Source: Camelus ferus
Lineage: Eukaryota
Assembly: GCF_009834535.1 (NCBI RefSeq)
Contig: NC_045696.1
Span: forward strand, 119,538,001 to 119,602,000
Length of the DNA stretch: 64,000 nt
Direction of reading: 5' to 3'
Position 1 is the first letter of the stretch. Each line of letters opens with the position of its first letter. Below are positions 1 to 13,005 of the stretch, one piece after another. The notes beneath the pieces are model-generated. The model was not told the origin of the DNA, made no database searches, and worked only from the letters and a program-made list of their open reading frames with translations. The translations under genes were made by a program, and so were the position numbers.

Positions 1-589
1 CAGACCCCAGCTAGTATGAGCCTCCTAGGATGTGATCTGGGGAATTCATGCATCCTCCTATCTGGGCCTTAGTTTCTTCACATTAAAGCTTTTTAAAAGA
101 TTAAAATCTTTAAAGTCTACTTTATAAACCAATGTGAGCATCCAAAGCTAATATTTACAAAGCACCTAGTATGCATTTGGTACTCAATAAATGCTGTTTC
201 CTTCTTTCTGCCTGTTTTCGCTTGCCCACAGTTCCACTGCCTGCGCTGGCATTTTGATTCCTTTCCCCATTGCCTTCTTACACGTAGTTAAATTTTGATT
301 TATACATGTTTGTTAGTAACACATGTAATCCAGGTCTTATCAGCCCAGCGGAGAACATGAGATAATGGGAAACCCTTTCTCAGTAATTATCTACTTGAAT
401 TTGCATCCAAATCACCTATACAATTGTCCATGTCAGATTTTAAAACTTCTTTGGGTATTTTTTTGCCTACTTTTCAGTAGAAGAGGATAGCATAATGAAC
501 CTCCGTGTACCTGTTACCCAGCTCTGGTAACTCTCAGTTTTGAGCCAGTCTTGCTTCATCTATTGCTCTCCATTTTTACTTCTGGAGTC

Positions 590-591
590 TT

Positions 592-650
<59 letters not shown>

Positions 651-1283
651 TTTTCCTTTTCATATTATTTCTCATTATAGGTCACTACAAGGTACTGAAT
701 ATGGTTCCCTGTGCTTTACAGTAAAAACTTGTTGTTTATCTATTTTATATATAATAGTACCTGCAAATCTCGAACTCCCAATTTATCCCTTCCCACCCCT
801 TTTACAGCCCCTCCCCACCCGCCCTGGAACCTTAAGTTTGTTTTCTATGTCTGTGAGTCTGTTTCTGTTTTGTAAATAAGGTCATTTGTGTCTTTTTCAT
901 TTTAGGTTCCATATATAAGTGATATCACATGGTATTTTTCTTTCTCTTTCTGGCCTACTTCACTTAGAATGACAATCTCCAGGTCCGTCCAAGTTGCTGC
1001 AAATGGCATTCTTTTGTCCTTTTTTATAGCCGAGTAATATTCCATTGTATAAATACACCACAGCTTCTTTATGCAGTCATCTGTTGATGGGCATTTAGGT
1101 TGCTTCTATGTCTTGGCTATTGTATATGGTGCTGCTGTGAACATTGGGGTGCATGTGTCTTTTTAAATTAGAGTTCCCTCTGGATATATGCCAGGTATGG
1201 GAATGCTGGATCCCATGGTAACTCTATTTTTAGTTTTTTAAGGAATCTCCATACTGTTTCCCATAATGGCTGCACCAGTTTAT
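590..1283 (-). mobile_element. Young lineage-specific L1 3' fragment with (TTTA)n tail
   Basis: (TTTA)~15 tail at 591-652, L1 3'UTR/ORF2-end text ('ttgctgcaaatggcatt', 'gctgctgtgaacattggggtgcatgtgtc'), TSD-like ttctggagt at ~580 and ~1284. Confidence 0.85.
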
Positions 1284-1368
1284 TTCTGGAGTATTTTAAA
1301 GCAAATCTCAGACATCATATTTCTCCACTCACAAATGCTTCAGTAGGTATCTCTACTATGGAAGGACT

Positions 1369-1743
1369 TGTCAGTTTTCCAGGGCTGCCATAACAAAATG
1401 CCATAAACTCAGTGGCTTGCAGAACAGACATTCATTTTCTCACAGTTCTGGAGGCTGAAGTCCAAGATCAAGGTGTCAGCAGGTCTGGTTTTTCCCGAGG
1501 CCTTGCCCCCTGGCCAGTAGAAGGCTGCCTTCTCGCTGTGTCCTCACACGCCTTTTCCCTTCAAACACATCTCGTGTCTCTTCCTATTCTTACAAGGACA
1601 CCAGTCCTATCAGATCAGGCCCCACTTCATGACCTCACTTAACCTGAGTTCGCACTGTAAAGGCCGTGTCTTCAAATACAGTCGCAATAGGGGTTAGGGC
1701 TTCAACATACGAATTTGGGGGAAAAACAAGTCGGTCCACAACA
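1369..1743. mobile_element. MaLR solo LTR (MLT1A/B-like)
   Basis: TG...CA ends, perfect 5-bp TSD GGACT (1364-1368 and 1744-1748), MLT1 motifs 'ctcacagttctggaggctgaagtccaagatcaaggtgtcagcagg' and 'gggcttcaacatacgaatttgggg'. Confidence 0.85.
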
Positions 1744-3100
1744 GGACTTTTAAAAAACACGATCATAACATCATTGTGCCTAAAAATAATAGTAACAGTT
1801 GCTTAATACTGTGTAACATCCTGTCCGCATTCAAATTTCCCTAGTTGTCCCCAATACTTTTTTTTTAACAGTTTGTTTAAATTAAGGTCCAAAAGGTGGA
1901 GCATTGTTTTCAAAATACAGATTCCTAGGCCCTGCCCTGGTGTGGTGATTTAGCTCCCCCACATGCTGCCTCTGGGGGGTCCTGAGAGTTTTTGATTGCT
2001 ATTTTACCCCCCAGTGGAAGTTGGGCCATTAACAGTTTAAGCAGAATTATGCCAACACTGATAGGTTTCCATCAAGGAAGTCATTTCTAGAACAAGTGTC
2101 ATTAAGTCATGAAATTCATTGATCAGTTTTCCCTGCAGCACTGGAGTGAATTTCCAGTCTTTACCATTTTTATTCTAGTTTATTGGAATTCTCTTCATTG
2201 GCATCCGTTCTTCTTCTGTTCACATTTCACCATGAAATTTGATTCACTCTCAGGTTTTTGTCCTTGCCAAATATTACCAGTTACAACATCTTCCTTTGTG
2301 AGTTTCATTTTGTGGCCATTATTTCTACCAAATCCAACTCTTCCCAATCAGATGTAGACGGTACATTGTATCAAGATTTGATTCTTCAGGTGATTTTCAA
2401 CCTATAGCATTTTCCCCCCAGAGGTAGTGTCAGCTGTTGTTAAGCTCGTTTTGTGTTGATCATTTCTATTGGTACTATTCATACTCGCTTGAATTCAGCA
2501 GTAATACATGTACTTTGATAAAAGGCTGAGAGCTTGGATTTCTTTCTTTACTTATCCATGAAAAAAATGTTCTGTATCTAAGAGATCGCGAGGGAGATGG
2601 AGAGTGGGAGTCAGCGAACCAGGAAAAGACACACAGGCAGAGGGAGAGAGAGACAGCTTGGGAACGAAGCTGCAGCCGACTTGGGCTAGAGTTTGCTAAG
2701 CCTTCCATGGGGTCCGGCCGCTGTGGAGGTCAGAATGGCGAGCTGCAGGCAGCGTGGAGGCTGAACTATGGTTGGTGAACGTAGGTCAGGCAAGAAGTCG
2801 CAGGACTTTAAATCCAAAGAAGTGAAACCCACACTGTCATTGTGCCACTCTCGGCCCCTCCCCCCTTTTATGGCTTTTTCTCTTTTTTTTACTCTCTTCC
2901 TATCCCTGCCCCATCAGAGACTGAATTTCAGCCCTCTGCTCTTGGTGAACTTCAGACCGACTACTGCCTCTCCCGAACTTCAATTCTTCTGGTCCACAGC
3001 CAAGGTGACCCCACCACGTGGTTTTACCCGTGCCTAGCACAGTGCCCTGTGTGCCCTGAGTGCTTAGAAATCACCTGATTTATCATGAAGCATCACCCTG

Positions 3101-3337
3101 GGGGGAAGGGGTAGAGCTCAGTGGTAGAGCACGTGCTTAGCATGCACCAGGTCCTGAGTTCAATCCCCAGTACCGCCATTAAAAAAAAAAATTGCTCAGT
3201 TTTAAGTGGGGAGGGTATAGCTCCGTGGCAGAGCACATGCTTAGCATGCATGAGGTCCTGGATTCAATCCACAGTGCCTCCGCTAAATAAATAAATAAAT
3301 AAACCTAAACACCCCCCCACCACCACCACCACAAGAA
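3101..3337 (+). mobile_element. Head-to-tail dimer of tRNA-Ala-derived SINE (camelid Vic-1-like)
   Basis: Two tRNA-like heads (3101-3190 and 3208-3337) with A-box/B-box ('agctcagtggtagagc', 'gttcaatcc') and A-rich tails; TSD aagcatcaccctg at 3088-3100 and 3338-3350. Confidence 0.85.
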
Positions 3338-4004
3338 AAGCATCACCCTGACAATTTAACCCCCCCATAAGCTAGGCCACTGTTAACAAATCAAAACACA
3401 CCTACCACTTCCTGGGGGGTACGTAGGTGGATGGATCCAGATTCGGCAATTCTGAACTGTGGGGAGGCCTCTCAATCTGTCTACAGAATTGAAGCTTGAA
3501 AAGTTTTCTTTTTCTTGCTGACGTTCCCCAGCAGATGCCTGCTGTACACCCACACACTTAGCCAGCAAGCTGAGAAGAGCTGCGGCAAGAAGTATTCCCT
3601 CTGGGACCAGTAGTCGCAGGAGCATCCTCCCGGAAGTGAAGCGCCGGTCCAGCCCAGCTCCCCGCTCCTCTGGTCCAGGCTCACAGCTGCCTCAGGCTGA
3701 AGTCCAAGAGGAGGGGTCTTCGAGAGATGGTTCAGGGAAGGGCCAAGAAGAGCTGCTCCCTGGGAGAGCGAGGCCCTGTGGGGGACTTCCTGGAGGCCTG
3801 GAGGGGGCCACCAGACACAGCCAGCTGAGAGACAATAAGATGGGAGGGGCCTCAGGGCTCACTTTGTGCTCCTGTCTTAAAGGGCTTGGACCAGCAGCTC
3901 CTGTGATGTAAACTGTGTGACTGAGGTGTTAAAACTCAAGGATTAGCCCAAGAAAACTGAAGGAACAAGGGAAGGGTTCTGGCCTTGAAGAAAATGTGAG
4001 GCAA

Positions 4005-4080
4005 TGACTGAAATGTTATGGTGTACCCCAGAAATTGACACGACATTGTAAACTGACTCTACTTCAATTTTTTAAAAATG
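4005..4080 (+). mobile_element. Very short L1 3' terminus
   Basis: 'ccagaaattgacacgacattgtaaactgactctacttcaat' matches the L1 termini at ~7800 and ~11280. Confidence 0.7.
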
Positions 4081-4142
4081 GAAAAAGTAAAACTAGAATT
4101 AGAACAAAAGAGAACATGAGATGAGAGAGAAAGGCTAGACTT

Positions 4143-4310
4143 GAGGTTTCTCAAACTTGGCTTCAGGTGGTGGTGGGGGATTTAAAAAGACTGATGCCCC
4201 AGCCCCACCCCGAGGGACCGATTTAATTGGGCTGGGGTAGGTTCAGGGCATCCAATTTTTAAAAGCTCCCCAGTGGGGTTCTAATATGCAGCCAGTTGAG
4301 ACCAACTGGG
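4143..4310. mobile_element. MER5-like hAT-Charlie MITE
   Basis: 'ggtttctcaaactt...aaagctccccag...ttctaatatgcagccagttgaga'; similar copies at ~5797-5976, 7470-7620, 9138-9290, 17088-17240 and 23050-23196. Confidence 0.6.
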
Positions 4311-5461
4311 CTAGACTGAGGACAGAATAGGAAATCTGATCTCCCTGGGTCTCCCATGGCCCAGCCACGGGAGGGGCAAGGCCCTTGGGCCTGACCTCTC
4401 CCGGGGTCATGTGGGAGCCTGCGGTTGTACATCTGGGGGCTGAGTGGTGCTTTGGGACCGAACACCAGCCCTGGTTAGACAGTGGACAGTGGGGTGCTGC
4501 CGGGGAAGACTCGGGTTCACTAGTCCACTGTGTGCCAGGCCAGCTACTTCCTGCCTTCCCTTTCCTCATAGAATCTCCAGCTCGAAAACATTCCCTGAAT
4601 CTCAACTTTCATTAAAATAGCCCAGTCACTTCTAGTCGACAAATTTTTTTCCCCCATGAATTATTCAAACTGGGGGGTTGAATGTTGAAAATGACATGTT
4701 TGAGTTGTCCTCATTAAGAAGCTTTTAGCTGTGAGTCTCCTGCCTCCACTGTGTTTACAAAGCCTGATCTCTGCAGGGCTTGTGGGGACGGATGCAGTCA
4801 ATCATTGACAAAGTCGCTAAGGAATGCCACGTGGAAGTAAAGTCAGTGATAAACACCCACAGAATAAACAGAGGTGGTGTAACAGAGGGAGCCCTCAGGG
4901 ACAGCCCTGGGCACTCAGAAGCGTCCCCAGCCTTCAGCAAGCCTCCCGGCCTCCTGGGCCTCCGTTTCCATCACGTTCACGATCACCTATTTCACGCCTG
5001 CCCTGGAGAAGGGGGATTAAACAGATGATCTCTCACCCTTGAGGAACCCCACTCTAGGGGATTGAGGCAGACACAGAAACAGCCCACGATGAGACCATCT
5101 GAATAAGAGGCAGAATGTGCCACAGATGTTGACTTCTGGCCTTCTCCTTGACTCTTAACCACAAAACAGAAGATTCAGAACAAGCAGAAGGTAGGACTGA
5201 GTGACGGTGCCCTTCGGAGGGGCCTTGAGTGTCTGCCAGACCACCACAACATCATCACCAACGTCGCCAGTGATGTTCAGACAGCACAGGGCTTCATCAT
5301 GACCGCATCTAGAGATGGGATTGGTAAGGTGTACCAGGGAAAACTGGGTGACTTGTATAATCTGTTATAAAGTAATAAATATATCATAATGCCAGGGGAA
5401 AGATATTTCTAGAGAACAGAAGTGAGATCAGATTCATTTGCTTAATTTGCAAAAATCATTC

Positions 5462-5558
5462 TTTTTTTTTTTTTTTTTTTTTTTAATGGAGGGTCTAGGG
5501 ATTGAACCCAGGACCTGGTGCATGTTAAGCATGCGCTCCACCACTGAGTCCTACCCCC
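5462..5558 (-). mobile_element. tRNA-Ala-derived SINE (Vic-1-like)
   Basis: Poly-T tail, reverse B-box 'gggattgaaccc', flanking near-repeat caaaatcat.ct. Confidence 0.85.
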
Positions 5559-7644
5559 AACAAAATCATCCTCTTTTTTACTGCTTCATGATTATATAAC
5601 TCCCACCCAAGGCAGTGGAGGACGTTGTGTCTGGTGACCGGGCTCGTGGGGCGCTCTGCCCGAGTCAGCAGACAACAATGTCCAGGAATTTTCACAGCCT
5701 ACATCAAGGAGGTGAGGAGTTTCCAACGCTAAGACATTTGTGGTGTCATTTTACTTTGCTTTAGAAAAGATGGTTAAGTGGTTACCATGTAAACCGGTCA
5801 TTCCAACCTTTAGCGTACATCTGATTCACATGTTGGGTTTGCTACAACACCAACTGCTGGTCCCACCGCCAGGGTTTCCGATTCAGGTCTGGGCTGGGGC
5901 CGGAGAATTTGCATTTCTAACAAGGTCTAGGTGATGATGCCATAGCTGATAAGGGACCGCACTTTGAGAACCACTGATATTAACACCAACTGTCACTGTT
6001 CAAAAATGCTCTTCGCAGGGCCTTGTCACCCAACGGTAGCGTGTCTGACTCCAAAATGCTTTTTGCATTTCCAAATGCGGTGCATCGGGGGACTCTCAGG
6101 GCTGAGCGCCTGCTCTCCTGTCTTCCCTGTCTTGTCGTTTATTCATGTTCTGACTTAGTTCTAATCTGTAGCACTGATCTGCGGCCCACGAGCCGTGGAG
6201 AAACATGTTCCTTCTTGGCCACCATCATCTTAAATCGTCATTTAGCCCAACTAGGCGTTCTTGTGAAATGTGAATCTCAGCTCATCCATACAGATCATTT
6301 TCCCTCCAGTGACTTCAAGAGCAAATAAGATTATTTTAAGCCCTTGCCCCAGCCTAAGATCCCAGGATTTTATGATACAATGATTTTAATAAGCACCCAC
6401 CCTTTGTCTTGGAAGGAGGAAAGTCACTTTACCAGAGCATCCGCTTACCTACTTGTGCACTAAGTCTCATTTAATTTCCCTGTGACCATTTGAGTTGATG
6501 CCATTTTCAAGATAGAGACTGAGAAGTTCAAAGAGTTTAGGTCATTTGCCCACATGGCCCAGCCAGTGAGTCATGGAGCCGCGTTGGAACCCTGAGCCAT
6601 CCTTGCTCCGTCCAGCATAGCGCGTGCTTTCCCTCTGCGGGGGCAAAGTGAGAACAATGCCCGGGAAATGCTTTCTCCCACGGACTGCTCTTCTGCTTCC
6701 AAACGCCACTGACGCTTGGGTGTTTGCACCCAAGACGAAGGCCTTGGCACCAGGCCCCCTTGTTTACAGATCTGGAATCCCATGCACGTGAAAAGTGAGC
6801 ACAGGGCCAAGGGTGGGGCAGGGGTTGGGGGGCCGGGCCCAGCTTGGATGGCACAACTGTCAACACAGCAAAAATACTACAAGGAAAGGCAAAAACATTT
6901 CAAAGACGCGATCACAGCCATTTTCTTCTTGCTGGAGCCAGTAGCTTTTGACCCTCAATTTGAATAGGCTTTTATTTTCCTTTAAAAAAAAAAAAGAAAC
7001 TGTTCTGTCTGTAACTGTACTAGTGACAAGGTCACAGTGTTGACAAGGATGACAGGAGGAAACCTTTCTGGGTCACAGGCCAGTCTTGCCAATCTTAACA
7101 TCCAGTAATTCAAAGTCACAGGCCTGACTGACACTCTGGGAGGAAAACGGTTATCTTCCCCCAATCTGATCATTAGTGGGAAGGAAGTGAGAGCTGTCAG
7201 CTACCACTTATTACCAGGGGTCCCTTAGGACCATCTGGTTTTTCATTAGCTGTCTTTAAATTATATGCAGTCAGGAAGCTTAGCTCAGTCGGTATCAGAG
7301 GCTGCTGGAAACTGAACCGGGTGCCTTCTTGGAGAACGGAAGCCAGAGTCAGGAGCAGCAGATGCTGAAGAGGGATTTAAATGATCATCTGCACTTTGAA
7401 GGAACCCACACGAGAGCCAGGGCACAAACTATAAGGTTTGGGGCAGAGGGGTGGGGCTGTGGTCTTACCCAGTGCTTCTCAAGTTTTGATGTGCTGATGA
7501 AACACCCTGAGACAGCTGGTAAGTACAGACTCTGTTTCTTTAGGTCTGTAGTGGGGCTGAGATTCTGCGTTTATAACAAGCTCCCCGGTGATGCCAATAT
7601 TGCCTGTCCACAGGCTACTTCAAAAGGAAAACCATGTCAACAAA

Positions 7645-7850
7645 AGTTTGAGATTTGCAAAGGTTAATCGCTATATATAAAAATAGATGAAAACCAAATT
7701 TTTCTGTATAGCACAGGGAACCATATTAAATATCTTGTAATAACCTTTAATGAAAAAGAATAGGAAAATGAATATATACATGCATGACTGGGACATTGTG
7801 CTGTATACCAGAAATTGACACATTGTAACTGACTATACTTCAATTTAAAG
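7645..7850 (+). mobile_element. L1 3' fragment
   Basis: 'ctgtatagcacagggaaccatatt...gctgtataccagaaattgacacattgtaactgactatacttcaat'. Confidence 0.8.
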
Positions 7851-8175
7851 AAAGCTTTCTAGTAGAGCATTTTAAGAAATACGTAATAACAATTTAAAAA
7901 CTAGTGGGGACCTGAAGAAATATTTCAATAAGCTTTTGTACCAATATTCATAATGAGATAGAGGAGGAAATTGAATATTAAGGCATATGAGAAGGCCTTA
8001 GGTAAAGAACAACCCTTTTTTTTAGAAAAAGAGCAAGAGTACTTCTGAGAAGGGGATTGTTTCATTCTGAAGCTAACAACATGAAAGTAGGTGCTGAAAA
8101 GTAATGGCTACCATAATATCTTATCCAAATTACCTGATCATTAAACCAAGTGTGAGCAGTGACTGAAATACACTG

Positions 8176-8853
8176 AGAAAACAGTATGGAGATTCCTTTA
8201 AAAACTGAAAGTAGACTTACCATATGATCCAGCAATTCTACTCCTGGGCATATATCCAGGAAAGATGAAAAGTCTAATTCAAAAAGACACATGCACCCCA
8301 ATGTTCACAGCAGCACCACATACAATAGCCAAGACATGGAAGCAACCTAAATGTCCATCGACAGATGACTGGATAAAGAAGATGTGGGCTATTTATACAA
8401 TGGAATACTACTCAGCCATAAAAAAGAATAAAATCATGCCATTTGCAGTAACATGGATGGACCTGAGATCACCATACTAAGTGAAGTAAGCCAGAAAGAG
8501 AAAGAAAAATACCGTAAGATATCACTTATATGTGGAATCTAAAAAAGAAGACACAAATGAACATGTTTACAAAACAGAAACAAACTCACACAGAAAACAA
8601 ACTTATGGTTACCAGGGCGGGAAGGGATGAAGGCGATGGATAAACTGGGAGTTTGGGATTTGCAGATACTATTATGTATAAAGTAGGTAAATGACAAGGT
8701 TCTACTGTACAGCACAGGAAACTATATTCAATACCTTGTAATAGCCTATAATGAAAAAGAATATGAAAAGGAACGTGTGTGTGTGTGTGTGTGTGTGTCT
8801 GAATCTCTATGCTGGACACCAGAAACTAACACAACATTGTAAATCAATTGAAA
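8176..8853 (+). mobile_element. 5'-truncated L1 (ORF2 C-terminus plus 3'UTR)
   Basis: ORF 8265-8480 reads DTCTPMFTAA..TIAKTWKQPKCPSTDDWIKKMW.IYTMEYYSAIKKN, the L1 ORF2p C-terminus; 11-bp TSD gaaatacactg (8165-8175 and 8854-8864); internal (GT)12 at 8775-8798. Confidence 0.92.
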
Positions 8854-10684
8854 GAAATACACTGTGTCAGATGCACTGAAGTGAATCAGTCACCCCAGAG
8901 AACTGTCAGAGGCCCCCCACCTCCCAGGCATCCAGAGTGGGCCCAGCCCACCTCCCTGCTCACACCTGCCCACACCCAGGAGGGCAGACGGCCACGTTCC
9001 ACAGTCCGTGGCCCTGCTTCAGTTTGGGAGCCTAGACTCTCCAACTAGACTATTTTTGTTTTTCCTGACATTCATTCCCTACCTTTTCCTTCATGGTAAC
9101 TGACTTTGCGGTGAGTTTTAACCTCTTGAAACTCAGAGGAGGGTCTCTGGACCAGAACTCCCAGCATCAGTGGAGCTTGTCAGAAATGTACGGTCTTGGG
9201 CCCCCTCCCCTCAGAACTGCTGCATCACAATCTGCAGTGGAACCCAATCCCCAGGTGACTGGTATGCTCATTAAAGTTTAGGGAGCACTGTTTTCATCTT
9301 TCTGAACTTCGTTCTTACCTTGCAGGGTTATTGTGAGGATTAAATGCATCCAAAGGGCCTGGCAAGTCACAGGTGCTAGCTATGTTATCGTCGCCTTCCT
9401 TCGCTGCCAGGCCTCTGTGCCCAGGCTCCATCTGCCTGAGCCCTTCTCTCTGGAACTCTGACCTTATCTTGCCTCCCCAGACACAGCCACTTGGCAGGTG
9501 CCCCAAACTGACCTCAGCTCTTTTCTCGGAGCCCCTGGCCAACTTGCTAGGGGCTGTTGCTATAGTTCTCAGCACTCCCCGCTGACCTAGACTCTCCCCA
9601 AGTCCCACCTCCCCTGGCCTGACACTTCTCGTGGGCACCAGAAACCCTACCGCACCACCTTGTTTAGTCCTGTTGCCAGTGCTCAAAACGGCCTTAGAAC
9701 TGCTCCTTGGAATCTTGGAATCTGGGCCCAGTGTAAGGACTCAACTGAATCTTCCTTAGGTGAATGAATGAAGAAAAAGGGGTCGCTTCATCCTAAGCCA
9801 TGCCATTAGGGTTTCCACCTCCCCTGGGGGACTTGGCCTCTTTGCTTTTCCTTCTTCTCACCCTTCCTTGCCATCCAAGTGTGATGCAGAAGGCTGAGCT
9901 CTGATGTCCACCCAGGAAGGAAGGGCCCGTGAGAGTGCTGACCTATTAGGATTCCAGAGCCCGGGTCTCTCTGCACGGGAGCCCTGGTGGCTGCACAGCG
10001 TCCCGCCCCGCTCACTGTGATTCCACACCAAGGCTTGAGCCAAAATGGCAGATGGTCATAAAGTGCTCCGGTCCTGGCCTGAGCTGCTCCTTATAGGTCG
10101 CTGCAGGCTGTTGGCATCCTGTCCAAATCTCCCTCACCGGGCAGTCCACAGCTGCTGCAAGAGCAGTGGCCAAAAGCTTCTGCCTGTGACTTTCTTTGGA
10201 CAATTGCTATTGGATGAGATGTCTCACCAGGAGAATTTGGAGATGTGTCACTCCCACTCTGACCCCAAGCGGCCGATGACTGATGGACACAGGGCACAGA
10301 TCCTGGTCCCCTAGCCTCAAGGTGGGACAGCTCCATACTGCAACTTACATTCTAGAGTCCCCATGGACCCGGCCAAGTCTCAAATGTACCTGAGGTCACC
10401 TCCTGCTTCCCCCGCTCACTCACAGGCTTCTTTCCAGGGTGTCCCTCGGTAAACTAGGTGCCCCTGAAACTGTCCCAGGCTCTGCTTGCTGGGAACCTGA
10501 CCTAAGGCAGTGCTCTTGAGATTCATGGATGAGTGGCAGGGCAAGGCTCCTGTGTTCACGCTCCCCAGTGCTCACCATCTTGACACCAACCCAACAAGAA
10601 CTCACACTGGGGTCTCCTCCCCGCTTCCATCAGTCCACAGGGGCCCCAGCACCAAGTCCAATGGATGGGGATGAGGGTCTAAAA

Positions 10685-11430
10685 CTAAGCTGCCCAGAAT
10701 GGTAGCTGCTGGCTACAGGGGACTGCTGAGCCCTGGAAATGTGGCTGGTGCAACTGAAACACTGAACAGCTAATTTCACTTAAGTTGAATTTTAAAAACT
10801 GATGCACAGTTCAGTTATTGGAAAACTATCAAGCGTGTTTGCAACAACTTGGATGTGTACATCAACTTTTTTTTTCAGTTGTGAAATTTATGAAATCTGA
10901 ATACAGGTCAAGGATTTCCAATAGAAAATTTAGTGTCCAAATTGGGATATGCTATACATGTAAAAAAATGTACACCAGATCCCCAAGATCTAGCATTTTA
11001 AAATAAAAAAAAGACACTGAATGAACTTATTTACAAAACAGGAACAGATTTACAGACATGGAAAACAAATTTACGGTTATTAGGGGGAAAGGGTTTGGGA
11101 AGAGATAAAGTGGGAGTTACGAGATTTGCAGATACTAACTACTATATAAAAAATAGATAAACAAGTTTATATCATATAGCACAGGGAACAATATTCAATA
11201 TCTTGTAGTAACTTACAGTGAAAAAGAATATGAAAATGAATATATGTATATTCATGTATGACTGAAGCACTGTGCTGCACACCAGAAATTGACACAACAT
11301 TGTAAACTGACTATACCTCAATTAAAAATAATAATAATAATGTAAAAGATATCACTCACATTTTAGTCTGGGTTACCTCTTGAAATAATATTTTGATTTA
11401 CTTTGTTAAATAAAATGTTATTAAAATTAA
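10685..11430. mobile_element. MER33/Charlie-like hAT element interrupted by an L1 3' fragment (~11010-11340, + strand)
   Basis: 'ggaaatgtggctggtgcaactga' hAT-type end and 'ttatgaaatctgaatacaggtcaaggatttccaat'; L1 tail 'aaattgacacaacattgtaaactgactatacctcaattaaaaataataataa'. Confidence 0.6.
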
Positions 11431-11719
11431 TCTGTTAAGTGTTCTTAAAACTTGTATATTTTAAAAGTAAGAATCTTCTTATGATATATTTTTAAAGTAA
11501 GAAGCCACTTTAAAACACTATACATTTTTAAAGCTACTGGAAAATTCTAAGTTACATACATAATAAAAAATCAGTGTGAGGACCACGGGGGTCAGGTAGG
11601 GCCCTGGAGCCCAGGTGGAAATGTGACCAAAAAAGGGACTTGGAAACAAACACTGAATCTTGAAGATGTTGAGATGTCTCAGTTGCCCATATATCCACTC
11701 AGGAAATCCCCATGTCTCA

Positions 11720-12150
11720 AGTTTCCCAGAAAGAAGACACTGAAATGAGGATTCCTGTGCAAAGCAATTATTAAGGAAGTGCTCCCAGGAGGCGCCCAAA
11801 GGAAGTGGGGGAAGCAAGACAGGGAGGCGGGGAAGCTGGGCCGGTAGGATTTCAGCAGTCCCTGCAGGGGGTATGATCCAGGTGGAAAATTCTGGTGCAT
11901 AAGTTATGCTTCACAGGTTGGTTTTCACAGTCCCCCACCCCTCGGTCCTTGGACAAAGGCCTCCTCAGCAGGGGACATAAACTACTTGCTAAACTGGGGA
12001 AGAGCTCCAGTCGCCCAAAGAGAGTGCCGAGAAGAGGAGTTACAGCTATGGACTGTTGAAGGCAAAACATATTGAAGCCAGGGGAGGGGAGGGGCGACCA
12101 GAAACAGTAAAGAAATGTGAGAATTCTGGGCAGTGTGTCCACCATCCACT
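11720..12150. mobile_element. Old ERVL-type LTR (LTR16-like)
   Basis: 'ttcccagaaagaagacactgaaatgaggattcctgtgcaaagcaattattaaggaagtgctcccagg...ggaagtgggggaagcaagacagggagg'. Confidence 0.5.
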
Positions 12151-12471
12151 GCCCCCATCATGGAAGGTCACCTGGCTACATCTCTTCCCTGTAGCCTGAG
12201 GACCAGCAATCTCATCTTCTCTCCTCAATTTATTTCCTGATTTACAGACTTTCCTCTACAGAGTTTCCTCTTGGGTCATCATAAATTCAGAAGAACCAGC
12301 CAGTAAGGGATCCATGGCAGTCTCCCCCTCTCCTCAGCCACAAATGAAGCATCTCTGCTTGTATGTGTTGGAGACACTGGGTGCCTACATGTGCTTTTTG
12401 CTTAAATATAGGTCTCTGCAGCTAAAAGAAAGGCTCGAAAACTACCGTAATAGACAGTGCTTGAAATGAGC

Positions 12472-13005
12472 GTGTTCATTTTCTGTTGCTGCATGACAAA
12501 TTACTGAAAACTTAGAAACTTGTAACAACCTACATTTTTATCTCATGGTTTCTATAGGGCAGAACTCCGGGCAGAGCTAAACTCAGGGTCTCACACGGCT
12601 GCGATCCAGGTGCTCAGGGCTGTAGTCTCATCAGAAGCTCCACTGGGGTAAGATCGGCTTCCAAGCCCCTTCGGGTTGTTGGCGGAGTTCACCTCTTTGT
12701 GGTTGTAGGGTCGAGGGCTTGTTTTCTTGCTGGCTGTCACTGGGGGCTGCTAAGGCCCACCTGCTGAGGCCACCCCAAGTACCTTGCCACGTGGCCTCCT
12801 CCATAGGTCCTCTCATGACACGACAGTTACTCCTTTAAGGAAGTAACCAGAGTCTGTCTAATGCATGACTAGCAAAACAGAGCTATGTGTGTCTATAATA
12901 ACATCATCATTCACCTTTGCTGTGTTCTGGAGCAAGCCCCAGGTCCCACCCACACTCAAAGAAAAGAGATTATCCAGGCCGTGTAAGTGGGTTTGTCCAC
13001 CACAA
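12472..13005. mobile_element. MaLR LTR (MLT1E/F-like)
   Basis: 'ttgctgcatgacaaattac...ctcagggtctcacacggctgcgatccaggtg...ggctgtagtctcatcagaagctc'. Confidence 0.65.

Larger units (their letters stand above)
470..1900 (-). mobile_element. Ancient L1ME-type 3' end, split into three pieces by two later insertions
   Basis: Diverged L1ME-like text runs 'ataatgaacctccgtgtacctgttacccagct...', resumes at 'ggagtattttaaagcaaatctcagacatcat' and again at 'ttcaaatttccctagttgtc' after each nested element. Confidence 0.6.

Noticed and set aside
2030..3020. Strand-skewed segment that might be a very old Gypsy/ERV or LINE remnant
   Set aside because: I could not match it to a family or recover a credible reading frame by eye; it needs a Dfam nhmmer search.
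3105..3180. tRNA-Ala(AGC) gene (also at 3208, 5485, 15527, 22616, 35382)
   Set aside because: tRNA-like heads are followed by A-rich tails, most have TSD-like flanks and the stems carry mismatches, so they are SINEs.
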